Shown here piece by piece: positions 48,259 through 58,026 of a stretch of 64,000 nucleotides of DNA. Position 1 is the stretch's first letter; the number at the start of each line of letters is the position of its first letter. The translations under genes and the position numbers were made by a program. Origin of the DNA: an uncultured Gammaproteobacteria bacterium (GTDB lineage Bacteria; Pseudomonadota; Gammaproteobacteria; Chromatiales; Chromatiaceae); contig CAZVME010000006.1 of assembly GCA_964628835.1 (NCBI GenBank), positions 3,580-67,579 on the forward strand, given 5' to 3'. The notes under the pieces are model-generated. The model made no database searches and was not told where the DNA came from. It saw only the letters and a program-made list of their open reading frames with translations.

Positions 48259-49187
48259 TGGTTAACAGAGTAGAAAATGTAGGTGCTGAAGCCGTTGCAG
48301 CCAAGGGTTGGTTGAAAGCCAACAAGTGGTTGATTCTTCGTCGCGTGAGCCAGTTGTCGATCCTGGGGCTCTTCATTATTAGTCCTCTATTGGTGGATGT
48401 TCTTGATGAGCTGTGGATAGTTAAGGGAACACTTTCGTCCAGCGTGATTCTGGGTGTGGTTCCTCTGACCGATCCATATGTGTTGATTCAAGGCATGGTA
48501 TCGGGAGATGTAATGCCGGAGGTTGCCGGCCTGGTTGGAGCATTGATAGTGATTGCCTTCTACTTGCTAGTAGGGGGAAGGGTGTACTGCTCGTGGGTAT
48601 GCCCGGTAAACATGATCACTGATGCAGCAGCCTGGATGCGCCGCAAACTCGGGCTTAAAGATAAATCACACATCTCGAGATCCACCCGCTACTGGATGCT
48701 GGGTTTGACACTGATTCTCCCCCTGATTGCCGGGGGTATAGTCTGGGAGTTGCTTAACCCGGTATCGCTGGTATATCGCGGCATCCTGTTTGGGATGGGG
48801 ACGGCTTGGACGGTCCTGGTGGGTATATTTCTGTTTGACCTGCTAATCAGCAATGATGGTTGGTGTGGCAGAATCTGCCCGGTAGGCGCTTTTTATAGCC
48901 TTCTTACGGTAAAAAGTCCGCTGCGTATTGTAGCCACTAAGCGGGAAGATTGTGATGATTGCATGGACTGTTATTTGGTCTGTCCCGAGGTGCAGGTGAT
49001 CAAGCCGGCATTGAAAGGAGCTGAACGTGGATTGGGTCCGGTAATCCTCTCATCTGAGTGCACCAACTGTGGGCGCTGTATCGATGTATGTGCCAAAGAC
49101 GTATTTAAATTCGGAAGTCGTTTTACCAATAACCAGGTGGAAGCGACTGGGGTGGTAAGCCAGCCACAAGATGGGGCCAAGGCTTGA
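48258..49187 (+). CDS. napH: Membrane quinol dehydrogenase subunit NapH
   Basis: TM helices, two CxxxCP motifs (CSWVCP, CGRICP) and a C-terminal 2x4Fe-4S region. Its ATG overlaps the napG TAA. Confidence 0.85.
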   Translation: MVNRVENVGAEAVAAKGWLKANKWLILRRVSQLSILGLFIISPLLVDVLDELWIVKGTLSSSVILGVVPLTDPYVLIQGMVSGDVMPEVAGLVGALIVIAFYLLVGGRVYCSWVCPVNMITDAAAWMRRKLGLKDKSHISRSTRYWMLGLTLILPLIAGGIVWELLNPVSLVYRGILFGMGTAWTVLVGIFLFDLLISNDGWCGRICPVGAFYSLLTVKSPLRIVATKREDCDDCMDCYLVCPEVQVIKPALKGAERGLGPVILSSECTNCGRCIDVCAKDVFKFGSRFTNNQVEATGVVSQPQDGAKA

Positions 49188-49251
49188 TGTTTATCCCGGT
49201 CACAACTAAACGCATGTCTGATTTACCGAACTAAAGTTGATGGAGAGAGAA

Positions 49252-49686
49252 ATGAAAAAGAGTATTGTAACAATGTTGGTTGCTATGGTGGCCCTCGTCT
49301 TTGCAGGTGCTGCCGTTTCTGGTGCGCAATCGCTGCGTCTGGGACAGCCTATTGAAGATGATGCCAAGGCTCCGGCCAAGGCTAGAATCATGGTGAAGGA
49401 GGGTGGTATTGAACGCAGCTACGAGATTGCACCGCCTTCAGTTCCACATAAGATCGGCAAAGAGCAGATCAATCTTAAGGTCAACACCTGCATGAAGTGT
49501 CATAGTGCAGAGACTTACAAGAAAGAGAAAGCTCCACAGGCAGGTAAGGATGGTTCTCACTACCTAGACCGTGACGGCAAGAAGACCACTAAAGTGGCAG
49601 CACGTCGTTACTTCTGTGACCAGTGCCATACTCCACAGTTGAATAAGGCTCCACTGGTAGAAAATACTTTTCAGGGTGCTAAATAA
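49252..49686 (+). CDS. napB: Dihaem cytochrome c NapB
   Basis: Signal peptide, CMKCH and CDQCH. The start is taken at MKKSIV, with GGAGAG upstream. Confidence 0.85.
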   Translation: MKKSIVTMLVAMVALVFAGAAVSGAQSLRLGQPIEDDAKAPAKARIMVKEGGIERSYEIAPPSVPHKIGKEQINLKVNTCMKCHSAETYKKEKAPQAGKDGSHYLDRDGKKTTKVAARRYFCDQCHTPQLNKAPLVENTFQGAK

Positions 49687-49776
49687 GCTTTAAAATTCCC
49701 TGTGGACAGCCACCCTCGACCTTATACCGGTCGAGGGTGATATTAATAACTAACAACACAACCGGGAAGTAGTAAG

Positions 49777-50352
49777 ATGAAAAAGGGTACAGTACGTATA
49801 TTAGTAATAGGGGTGATTTTGGGTATTATCTTTTGGGGTGGTTTTAACACTGCGTTGGAAGTTACCAATACGGAAGAATTTTGTATCTCCTGCCATGAGA
49901 TGGAAGACCAAGTCTATCAGGAACTGCAAGATACACCGCACTACACAAACCGTACCGGCGTGCGCGCCACCTGTCCGGATTGTCATGTGCCTAAAGAGTG
50001 GATCCACAAAATCATACGTAAGATCCGGGCCTCAAATGAGGTATACCACAAGATTCTGGGTACTATAAACACGCCAGAGAAGTTTGAAGCCAAGCGCTTG
50101 CAACTGGCCCAGAACGTCTGGAAATCTATGAAGGCCACAGACTCCAGAGAGTGCCGTAACTGCCATGCTTTCGAATCCATGGATTTTGAAAAGCAGGAGG
50201 GTCGTTCTGTAGACAAGCATGAGGAGATGGAAGATACATCAGCCCATGATCCCTCGTCTAAAGAAGGGCGCACCTGTATCGATTGCCATAAGGGTATTGC
50301 CCACCAGTTGCCAGAGGGTTTTGATCCGGGCTGGAACTCTCCTGGTGAGTAA
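49777..50352 (+). CDS. napC: Tetrahaem quinol dehydrogenase NapC
   Basis: N-terminal TM and CISCH, CPDCH, CRNCH, CIDCH. Confidence 0.9.
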   Translation: MKKGTVRILVIGVILGIIFWGGFNTALEVTNTEEFCISCHEMEDQVYQELQDTPHYTNRTGVRATCPDCHVPKEWIHKIIRKIRASNEVYHKILGTINTPEKFEAKRLQLAQNVWKSMKATDSRECRNCHAFESMDFEKQEGRSVDKHEEMEDTSAHDPSSKEGRTCIDCHKGIAHQLPEGFDPGWNSPGE

Positions 50353-50406
50353 AAGCTGAAGTTGTAGATATATGGTGTCATAAGTTGTGTTTTTGCATCA
50401 AATAAT

Positions 50407-50443
50407 GGCCTGGGAGTATAACCTCCCGGGCTATTGTTTTTTT
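50407..50443 (+). terminator. Rho-independent terminator after napC
   Basis: gcctgggag-tataac-ctcccgggc followed by a T-run. Confidence 0.6.
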
Positions 50444-50520
50444 GCCGCAAAAGAGAAAGAATATAGCTTCATGTTTGCTACACTTCCCAGTGTGTACATA
50501 GTTCGCAATAGAGTTCGTCC

Positions 50521-51501
50521 ATGAGCCAGCTAATAGATTCATTTGGCCGTAAAATTGAGTATCTGCGGTTATCGGTAACAGATCGTTGCGATCTACGCTG
50601 TTTTTACTGTATTCCCAAAGGGTTTAAAGGTTTTACCGAACCAGAAGACCGGATCTCGCTGGATGATTATGTACGTCTGGTACGTCTGTTCAGTGAACTT
50701 GGAGTCAGTAAAGTCAGGCTTACTGGAGGCGAACCTCTGGTACGGCCCGATTTGCCGGAAATGGTGCAGAAGATCGGTGCACTACCCATGGTCGAAGACC
50801 TCTCTCTCAGCACCAATGCAACCAGATTGGCTCAACATGCCAAGATTCTTAAAGAGTCTGGGGTCAGCCGCATCAACGTCAGTCTGGATACGCTTAATCC
50901 TGATGTGTTTAAAGAAGTTACCCAAGGCGATCTGGAGCCGGTTCTACAAGGATTGCAGGCAGCAAAGTTGGCTGGTTTTCATCCCATAAAAATCAACATG
51001 GTCGTGATGCGAGATCTGAACTTACACGAAGTTGGTGATATGGTGGACTACTGCCTGGAGAACCAGTTTACCCTGCGCTTTATTGAGACTATGCCGGTGG
51101 GTGAAGCGGGGCAGAAGGCGCGGGATCGTTATGTAAGCCTGAATGAGGTCAAGCAGCTGTTGGAGCAGCGCTTTGAAATGGAACCGGCAAAGATGAAGGG
51201 TGCGGGACCAGCTAAGTATCTCAAGATTATCGGCAAGCGTCTGAAGATTGGTTTTATTACTCCCATGTCACAGCACTTTTGCGAGACCTGCAATCGGGTG
51301 CGTCTGTCATCAGAGGGTACCTTGTATCTCTGTCTAGGTCAGAGTGATAAACTAGAGCTGCGGCCATTGATTCAGCAGGGCCTGTCGGATGACGAGATTA
51401 AGTCTGCCATCATCGAGGCGATACAGAATAAACCAGAGAAACATGAATTTGATTCTAATCCCAGTCAGGTGGTACGGGTGATGTCCATGACTGGCGGTTA
51501 G
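50521..51501 (+). CDS. moaA: GTP 3',8-cyclase (molybdenum cofactor biosynthesis protein A)
   Basis: LRLSVTDRCDLRCFYC radical-SAM motif, a C-terminal CETCNRVRLS cluster and a terminal GG. Confidence 0.9.
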   Translation: MSQLIDSFGRKIEYLRLSVTDRCDLRCFYCIPKGFKGFTEPEDRISLDDYVRLVRLFSELGVSKVRLTGGEPLVRPDLPEMVQKIGALPMVEDLSLSTNATRLAQHAKILKESGVSRINVSLDTLNPDVFKEVTQGDLEPVLQGLQAAKLAGFHPIKINMVVMRDLNLHEVGDMVDYCLENQFTLRFIETMPVGEAGQKARDRYVSLNEVKQLLEQRFEMEPAKMKGAGPAKYLKIIGKRLKIGFITPMSQHFCETCNRVRLSSEGTLYLCLGQSDKLELRPLIQQGLSDDEIKSAIIEAIQNKPEKHEFDSNPSQVVRVMSMTGG

Positions 51502-51668
51502 TTCTACAGATATTAATTGTGCCTATCTAGAAATACTGCTTGTTACCGCAAAAGTCGCGAAGAAAACACTGTGTTTATAAATATATAAACTTTTCGCTCT
51601 TAAGTTTTTTTGCAGTTTGATTGTTTTATTTTGGGTTAGAGAAAATCAGTTAAGGGAGATAGATACCT

Positions 51669-52520
51669 TTGAAAACTTCATTCTGGCTGCATAATTGGAA
51701 ACACCCTCTACTAATCTGCATCCTGATGCTCGGCGTGACCGCTAGCAGCGCAGAAGAGCTTACACTTAAGCTGCCGCCACCATCCATAGAGAAGTGGTAC
51801 AAGCCCACGAACAAGCGCCAGGTGTGGCTGCATAATATGTTTAGCATGCGGCGTGAGCTGCAGGCTATGAAAGAGTATGCCAGCGCTGGAGATAAGGAGC
51901 TCACCAGGAAGTGGGCAGAGCGTCTGGTAACACACTATCGAAAGATCGCACAGATGGTTCCAGAATGGGAAGATGAATTGGAGCTGGTCTGGGCGGAACG
52001 GCTGGAAGCGGCAGCAGTTGCCGGTGATCTGGAAAAGGTACAGCTGTCAGCTAAAAAGCTTGGCCGCAGTTGTAATACCTGCCATAGAGAGTATCGTGCG
52101 CTTGCTGTGGCGCTCTACCGGGTGCCTGATTACTCCAAGCTCAAGGTTACACGTAGTAACCCGACAAAAGAGATCGGCTTTCGCGACGCCATGAATGAGC
52201 TGGTTACCTACATTAACCGTATCAAGATTGCCGCAGAGGATGGCCGCAAGGAAGCAGCACTGCTGGCTACTTCTGATCTAAAGGATGGTCTGCACGACAT
52301 GGGAAAAAGCTGCTCTACCTGCCACCGTAGTCCAGAGCCACGGGAACGTATTTTGGGTGGGCAGACACAGATACTACTAAAAGAGCTGGGCCAGGCGATT
52401 CGTGATGAGGATAAGAAGGCCACAGGTAAGAGTCTTGGTACTGTAGCGGTGATTGCCTGCGCCTGGTGCCATGGTGTGCATCGCACGGCTTATGATATTA
52501 AGCGGCTGATCACCCACTAG
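51669..52520 (+). CDS. Exported trihaem c-type cytochrome, helical, class II-like haem placement
   Basis: TTG start with GGGAGA upstream, a signal peptide, and CNTCH, CSTCH, CAWCH each at the end of a helical segment. Confidence 0.55.
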   Translation: MKTSFWLHNWKHPLLICILMLGVTASSAEELTLKLPPPSIEKWYKPTNKRQVWLHNMFSMRRELQAMKEYASAGDKELTRKWAERLVTHYRKIAQMVPEWEDELELVWAERLEAAAVAGDLEKVQLSAKKLGRSCNTCHREYRALAVALYRVPDYSKLKVTRSNPTKEIGFRDAMNELVTYINRIKIAAEDGRKEAALLATSDLKDGLHDMGKSCSTCHRSPEPRERILGGQTQILLKELGQAIRDEDKKATGKSLGTVAVIACAWCHGVHRTAYDIKRLITH

Positions 52521-53112
52521 GATAATGCCAATGCAACATGGCCGGGCAGTTGTGGCCAGATCACACTGTCCAATATTGCTCATGTGTTGATTTATTTACC
52601 CAGAAATTTAGCTATATTATGTGTGAAAAGCTGGGTTATGCTCTATTTCCATGGGAATGCCATGTTTATTTGGCAGCCTGACGGTATGCTAGGTAATAGC
52701 TGTAGCAACCATTAACAATTAAAGTTCCTACGCTGCCGGCCATGGAGAGCGAACGCGAAGGCCGGTAGTCCCCAGTAGGCGATGCCGTCTGTAGATTCGG
52801 AATTAGGATCGGTAGCGAATGATGCAGAAGATACAGCAGCGGCTATCATCGCCGTAGAGTCATTGAGGGAGTCATGATGTAGTGAGCACAAGCAGCTTGC
52901 TGCAATGTGCATACGGAATCGTGACGTACGCAGGACGGCTGGGGCAAAAGGAAAGGCTGCCGCGTTTGCGAGTCATTTTTGGATAGGGATAGCCAAAAAT
53001 GTTTTACGAGGTAGCGGCACTATCGTCATGCCTGTTGCTCGTTTCCTGGCAGCTATTGTATGCCACTGCCTTTCAGAGAGATGGTTACACAAAGTTAATC
53101 GGAGTGTGGGTG

Positions 53113-53556
53113 ATGTTGCCTGTTAATAAACAAGATGCTCTGGAAAATCTGCGCAGGGCCAAGGGTGCTCATATTAAGTGGCGTGCTTATGCACAGGCCT
53201 TGGTATCTGGAGTCTCTATTGATGAGGATAAGATACCGGTGGATCACACCAAATGTGAGTTTGGTCAGTGGTATCACAACGATGGCAAACTCATGCTGGG
53301 GCATCTTACTTCTTATGAGTTAATCTATACCCCGCACGAAATGCTGCATGAGATATATAAAAAGATTTTTCATGTGCTGCACTCGCAAGACAGCAGTGGT
53401 ATTTTTAAGAAGCTGTTTTCTTCCAAGGGCTCGCGTGAGAACGAGCGTTTAAAATTGGCAAGAGGTTACATGGGAGAGCTGGTGGGTGTATCTGAAACCT
53501 TGCTCACTACACTGGATCTTCTGGAACAGGAGATCAGGGATCTTGCGGATGATTGA
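53113..53556 (+). CDS. CZB (chemoreceptor zinc-binding) domain protein
   Basis: HTKCEFGQWYH...H...H pattern. The start is taken at MLPVNKQ, with GGAG upstream. The longer ORF from 52999 looks like a spurious extension. Confidence 0.6.
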   Translation: MLPVNKQDALENLRRAKGAHIKWRAYAQALVSGVSIDEDKIPVDHTKCEFGQWYHNDGKLMLGHLTSYELIYTPHEMLHEIYKKIFHVLHSQDSSGIFKKLFSSKGSRENERLKLARGYMGELVGVSETLLTTLDLLEQEIRDLADD

Positions 53557-53624
53557 CTGCGCCTAGTCACGAATATAAACAGATTTGCAACTCAGGCCAG
53601 ATGATACTGGCCACAGATTGGATC

Positions 53625-54179
53625 TTATTTACCGCTCCACGCCTTAACAATTGCCCGATGACTACCCCATAGCCCAACCGTTTTGCTGATGGCATTCTGT
53701 TGCTGTTGTTGCAGCTTTACCTTCAGTGTGGCGTCGAATGGATAGCGACCCATAACCACGGCATATCCGTCCTCCACCATGGCGCCATTAAGCTGGCGGC
53801 CTGAGGCACTCTTAACCACTGCCGGAACTCTCCCATAACGGTCGCGCTTGGCAAGGTTGGCATCCACCTCTATAGTCTGGCCGGGGACGGCAAGTGTCTT
53901 CAGGTGTTTGGTGGCAAGTTTGCCAATGGCAATCAGTGCATCCTGTTTCAGCTTGGTGCGTTCCATATCTTTTTGCAGTTTTGGATTTGGCACATCCTCT
54001 GGTGCATCTATCCCCAGCAGTTGTAGCTGCTCCTGTTTGCCGTTAATGGTTGCCACCAGGGTATCCCCGTCCTTCACGCTATGCACCGAGGCTGTGTGTT
54101 TGCCAGACCAGGCATGGCTGCTCAAGACAAGTGACGTAAGAAAAAATATGGCTGGAGATCTGTTCATGGTTAATTTCAT
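53625..54179 (-). CDS. Exported staphylococcal-nuclease-like (thermonuclease family) protein
   Basis: VKDGDTLVA...LLGIDAPE...DRYGR...NGAMVEDGYA. It starts 5 nt after the nirN stop. Confidence 0.7.
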   Translation of the reverse strand: MKLTMNRSPAIFFLTSLVLSSHAWSGKHTASVHSVKDGDTLVATINGKQEQLQLLGIDAPEDVPNPKLQKDMERTKLKQDALIAIGKLATKHLKTLAVPGQTIEVDANLAKRDRYGRVPAVVKSASGRQLNGAMVEDGYAVVMGRYPFDATLKVKLQQQQQNAISKTVGLWGSHRAIVKAWSGK

Positions 54180-54184
54180 GCCTG

Positions 54185-55753
54185 TTAATGACTGGTGCCG
54201 GAAGAGCGGGTCAGCTTGTTGTGGACATTATACTTCCCTGATGGCTTCTTCATGGGGAGGCGTTTTACCTCCTCCAGGGTGTTGGCATCATAGATAACAA
54301 TCGCACCATCCATGTCCCAGATACTGACGATTGCATACTTGCCATCCTTGGTGAACTCCACATGGGCCGAGGTCTTGCCCGGGGCTGGTTTTAGGGTCTT
54401 TACGATCTCCAGGGTCTGCTTGTCGATCACATGCATCAGATCCTTGTTGGGTCCGAAGAACACGTCCACCCAGGCGTAGGGGCTTTTCTCATGACTGCGC
54501 ATAAAAAACCCCGGACCCTTGGTCTTTATCTTCTTGATGGTCTTCCAGGTCTGCATGTCCACAATGCTGACCAGGCCCTGCTTCATGTCCGGGGTAGCCA
54601 GTACCTGTTTGCCCTGGTAGTTCCAGGTGATGCCGGAGGAGAGATGGGGCATACCTGAGATATCCAGGTCGTACAGGGCGCGCCTCACATCCAGATCCAC
54701 CACCTGGCCCTTACCCTCGCGTGAGGTGCCGATTACCTGGGTGTACTCCTGGTTCATCAGGAAATCATCCAGAAATGAATCCAGCTCTATGCGTCGCACC
54801 GGAAAAGGATCAGGCTTTACCACATCCCCCGCCTCCGGATGGTAGGAGTGTTCCCAGCCGGCGAAACCGGGAGGAGGGTCGTCCGAGTAGTTGATCTCCC
54901 AGATCTCGGGGATATCCTTCAGGGCGGCCACAAAGGAGTCTCTGGGGGCGGCGGTGTATACGGCGCTGACCCGGGAGGTTTTACCATTGCTACCTTTTAC
55001 CTCCAGCACCTTGATGGGGGAGAGATCCCTGGCATCCAGGATGGTCATGGTGTGGGGCAGGTAGTTGGCCACGATCACATAGCGGCCATCGTGGGAGACG
55101 GCCAGATTGCGGGTGTTGATGCCGGCCCTGATTTCGGCCACGTAGGTGAGGTTGAATACATCAAACTTGCTGATCCACCCATCCCGGGATGCGAAGTAGA
55201 TGTAGCGTCCGTTCTCGGCCCATTTGGGACCACCATGTAGGGCGAATCTGGTGGGCAGACGGTGGATTGGTTCGAAGGTGTCGCCATTCAGCAGGGTGGC
55301 GTGGTGATCTCCCAGCTCCACCACCATGAACAGGTTCCAGATGTCAGCCTTGAATTTTGGGGTGTCGGGCAGTTCTCCGGGCTTGTGAGTGAGAATATGA
55401 CTGGCCTTGATCTCTGCCATCCCCCAGACCGGAACTTCCTTCAGTGGCGTGTATATCAGCTCTACCAGGGCTTTTATCTCCTCATCCTTGAGTTTTTCGC
55501 CGAATGGGAGCATCTGGGAGGCCACACGGCCGTTTTTGATCACATTAAAGGCGGATTTTTCGCGTAGCCGTTTCAGGTTCTGGGGCAGCAGGGCCGGGCC
55601 GATGCCGCCGAGCCGGTCCGGGCTGTGGCACTCAGAGCAGTGCTGTTTGTATACGGCCTGCACATCCACGGTGGCCTGGGCCTGGGTAAACCAGATGGCC
55701 CCGATGATGCCGGCCAAAATGGAGAAGGGTGATATTTTCTGGTTGCTGAACAT
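54185..55753 (-). CDS. nirN: Cytochrome c plus d1-propeller protein NirN (dihydro-heme d1 dehydrogenase type)
   Basis: N-terminal CSECH..RLGGIGPAL domain plus a NirS-like beta-propeller. It is the last gene of the nir cluster. Confidence 0.8.
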   Translation of the reverse strand: MFSNQKISPFSILAGIIGAIWFTQAQATVDVQAVYKQHCSECHSPDRLGGIGPALLPQNLKRLREKSAFNVIKNGRVASQMLPFGEKLKDEEIKALVELIYTPLKEVPVWGMAEIKASHILTHKPGELPDTPKFKADIWNLFMVVELGDHHATLLNGDTFEPIHRLPTRFALHGGPKWAENGRYIYFASRDGWISKFDVFNLTYVAEIRAGINTRNLAVSHDGRYVIVANYLPHTMTILDARDLSPIKVLEVKGSNGKTSRVSAVYTAAPRDSFVAALKDIPEIWEINYSDDPPPGFAGWEHSYHPEAGDVVKPDPFPVRRIELDSFLDDFLMNQEYTQVIGTSREGKGQVVDLDVRRALYDLDISGMPHLSSGITWNYQGKQVLATPDMKQGLVSIVDMQTWKTIKKIKTKGPGFFMRSHEKSPYAWVDVFFGPNKDLMHVIDKQTLEIVKTLKPAPGKTSAHVEFTKDGKYAIVSIWDMDGAIVIYDANTLEEVKRLPMKKPSGKYNVHNKLTRSSGTSH

Positions 55754-55773
55754 AGCCGTCTATCCGCTGCTGG

Positions 55774-56931
55774 TCAGGCCTGTAGCCCGATCTCTTCGTC
55801 GGTAAGGTAACAGGCCGGGTCTTCAGACCAGGCGTCACCGGTGAGTTGTAGGGCGCGCACCCTGGTGTTTCCGGCGCAGATATCAAAGTGGCAGCATTTG
55901 CCACAGCGCCCACCAATCGTGCGTGGCTGGGCCTTGAGTCCGGCCATTATGGGGTCGGAGGTGTCGGTCCAGATCTCGGAGAAAGGGCGCTCCTTCACAC
56001 TGCCCAGGTCATAGTTCCACCACATGGTGTCCGGATGCACTATGCCCTGGTTGTCGATATTGGCCACGTTGACGCCGGAGCTGTTTCCACCCCAATTCAC
56101 CAGTTTCTGCCTGATGTGTTGGTACTGCTCCGGGAAGTTTTTCTTTACCCACAGCAGCATGTAGACCCCGTCGGCGTCGTTGTTGCCGGTGACGAACTCG
56201 GTCTCGCGACCGTTGCGCTGCTCTTCCAGTACCCGCTTGAACAGCAGGTCCATGGCCCAGCGGGTGGTGTTGAGGAATACATCATCCTTGCGGTTCTTGT
56301 TGCCGCGACCGGCGTAGTTCAGGTGCGAGAAGTAGAACTTATTGATCCGCTCCTCCTGCATCAGATCCAGCAGTTGTGGCAGCTCTTCCGCGTTATCCTG
56401 GGTCATGGTGAAACGCAGGCCCACCTTGATGCCCTGATCCCGGCACAGGCGCAGGCCGTGCATGGACTCCACAAACGCCCCCTCCTTACGGCGGAATTTA
56501 TCGTGGGTCTCACGGATGCCGTCGATGCTGATGCCCAGATAGTCAAACCCGACCTCGGTGATGCGATCGATATTGGATTCGTTGATCAGGGTGCCGTTGG
56601 TGGAAAGGGCAGTGTAGAAGCCCATGTCTTTGGCGCGGTGGGCGATCTCATAGATATCGGGGCGGAGCAGGGGCTCGCCGCCGGAGAGGATCAGCACCGG
56701 GACCCGGAACTGTTTGAGGTCATCCATCACCTCGAACACCTGTTCCTTACTCAACTCATTGGGAAAGTCGGTATCGGCCGAGATGGAGTAGCAGTGTTTG
56801 CAGGTGAGGTTACAGCGCCGTACCAGGTTCCAGATAACCACCGGTCCGGGTGGATTACGCTTGGGACCGATAGGTTGTGGGTTGAGTAGTTCCTGGATGA
56901 ATTGTGAAATTCTAAACATTGTTAGGGTCAA
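55774..56931 (-). CDS. nirJ: Radical-SAM heme d1 biosynthesis protein NirJ
   Basis: CNLTCKHCY (CxxxCxxC), a C-terminal SPASM-like Cys cluster and synteny. Confidence 0.85.
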   Translation of the reverse strand: MTLTMFRISQFIQELLNPQPIGPKRNPPGPVVIWNLVRRCNLTCKHCYSISADTDFPNELSKEQVFEVMDDLKQFRVPVLILSGGEPLLRPDIYEIAHRAKDMGFYTALSTNGTLINESNIDRITEVGFDYLGISIDGIRETHDKFRRKEGAFVESMHGLRLCRDQGIKVGLRFTMTQDNAEELPQLLDLMQEERINKFYFSHLNYAGRGNKNRKDDVFLNTTRWAMDLLFKRVLEEQRNGRETEFVTGNNDADGVYMLLWVKKNFPEQYQHIRQKLVNWGGNSSGVNVANIDNQGIVHPDTMWWNYDLGSVKERPFSEIWTDTSDPIMAGLKAQPRTIGGRCGKCCHFDICAGNTRVRALQLTGDAWSEDPACYLTDEEIGLQA

Positions 56932-57079
56932 CCTGTAGGGACGGGGCCATTTTTCCCCAAGACGGCGTTGCGCCTTGGCTTGTGTACGGCAGGTACACGG
57001 TGCTCAGTGCGCCTTGTCCGGTGAAAAAATGGTTTCCTTCGATGAATATCCGCATGGTGTTAACAGACCCCAGTAGTTC

Positions 57080-57583
57080 TTAGGTTTTGATTCGCAGGCC
57101 GGTTTTTTTCAGGATTCTGGTGCTGAACAGGACCTCATGGCCACGGTTGTCCGAGCCCAGTAGTTCCTCTATGAGGGCGGCCTTGGTCAGCACCTCATCC
57201 CGGTCTTTGCCATGGACCATGGCAAACAGGTTGTAATTCCACAGCGGTTGATGGCGTGGTCGGTGGTAGGCGTGACTGACAAAGTCCAGCGCGCCGATCT
57301 TCTCGCCATACTCCTGTATCTTCTCATCCGGGATATCCCATACCGACATGCCGTTGCCACGAAATCCCAGGGTGTAGTGATTGGGTACGGCGCCGATACG
57401 GCGGATGACGCCGCTCTCCAGCATTTGCTGCATGCGGGTCATTACATCATCTGCGGTGGTGCCTATATCTGCGGCAATCTTCGCATAGGGCTCGGGGACC
57501 AGAGGGAGCCCGGACTGGGTTTCCACCACAATCTTGCGGTCCAGTTCATCCAGGGAGTTGTTTGTCTGTGCGCTCAAAACCAT
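57080..57583 (-). CDS. nirH: Siroheme decarboxylase subunit (Lrp/AsnC-like), NirH by position
   Basis: AsnC-type HTH plus ligand domain. It is the fourth of four paralogues between nirF and nirJ. Confidence 0.6.
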   Translation of the reverse strand: MVLSAQTNNSLDELDRKIVVETQSGLPLVPEPYAKIAADIGTTADDVMTRMQQMLESGVIRRIGAVPNHYTLGFRGNGMSVWDIPDEKIQEYGEKIGALDFVSHAYHRPRHQPLWNYNLFAMVHGKDRDEVLTKAALIEELLGSDNRGHEVLFSTRILKKTGLRIKT

Positions 57584-58026
57584 TACACCTCAAATTTCAG
57601 TCCAACAAAAAATTCGTGCTGTTTGGGCATGTCATATACTCGGTAGCCGGTGGTCTGTTCGATCTCTTCCAGGACTATGGCGACCCGTTCCGGAGTCTCG
57701 GTGGCCAGTACAAACCACATGCTCAGCGCGTGGTCGCGGGCATAATTATGGGCTACCTCGGGAAATGCGTTGACCTGTTCCGTTACCCGTTCGAAATCTG
57801 CATCCGGGATACTCATGGCGCACAGACTGAGTCCGCCACCCAGACGCTCGGCATGGTACATGGGACCAAAACGGCTGAGTATATTCTGCTCCAGCATCTG
57901 CTTCAGGCGCTGGATCAGCTCAGGCTCTTCGATCCCCAACTGCTCTGCCACCACCTGGTAGGGGTGGTGGCAGATGGGGAAGCCGCCCTGTAGATTGTTG
58001 ATGATGGCGCGATCTATTGCATCCAT
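57583..58026 (-). CDS. nirG: Siroheme decarboxylase subunit, NirG by position
   Basis: Same family. Its start and stop overlap the neighbouring genes. Confidence 0.6.
   Translation of the reverse strand: MDAIDRAIINNLQGGFPICHHPYQVVAEQLGIEEPELIQRLKQMLEQNILSRFGPMYHAERLGGGLSLCAMSIPDADFERVTEQVNAFPEVAHNYARDHALSMWFVLATETPERVAIVLEEIEQTTGYRVYDMPKQHEFFVGLKFEV

Noticed and set aside
52700-52920. tmRNA, riboswitch or other known ncRNA in the ORF-free region
   Set aside because: I could see no tRNA-like acceptor/T-arm, no tag reading frame, and no GEMM, B12-box or RNase P hallmark sequences.
55888-56889. 333-aa plus-strand ORF
   Set aside because: It is entirely antisense to nirJ, which has clear radical-SAM motifs. 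Its composition (Gly/Val/Asp/His-rich) is typical of antisense frames in GC-rich genes.
56932-57079. 148-nt nirH-nirJ spacer with small palindromes (gtgtac-ggcag-gtacac; ccatttttcc / ggtgaaaaaatgg)
   Set aside because: The structures are short and imperfect. It is probably just an intercistronic stem-loop region, with not enough evidence for a distinct element.
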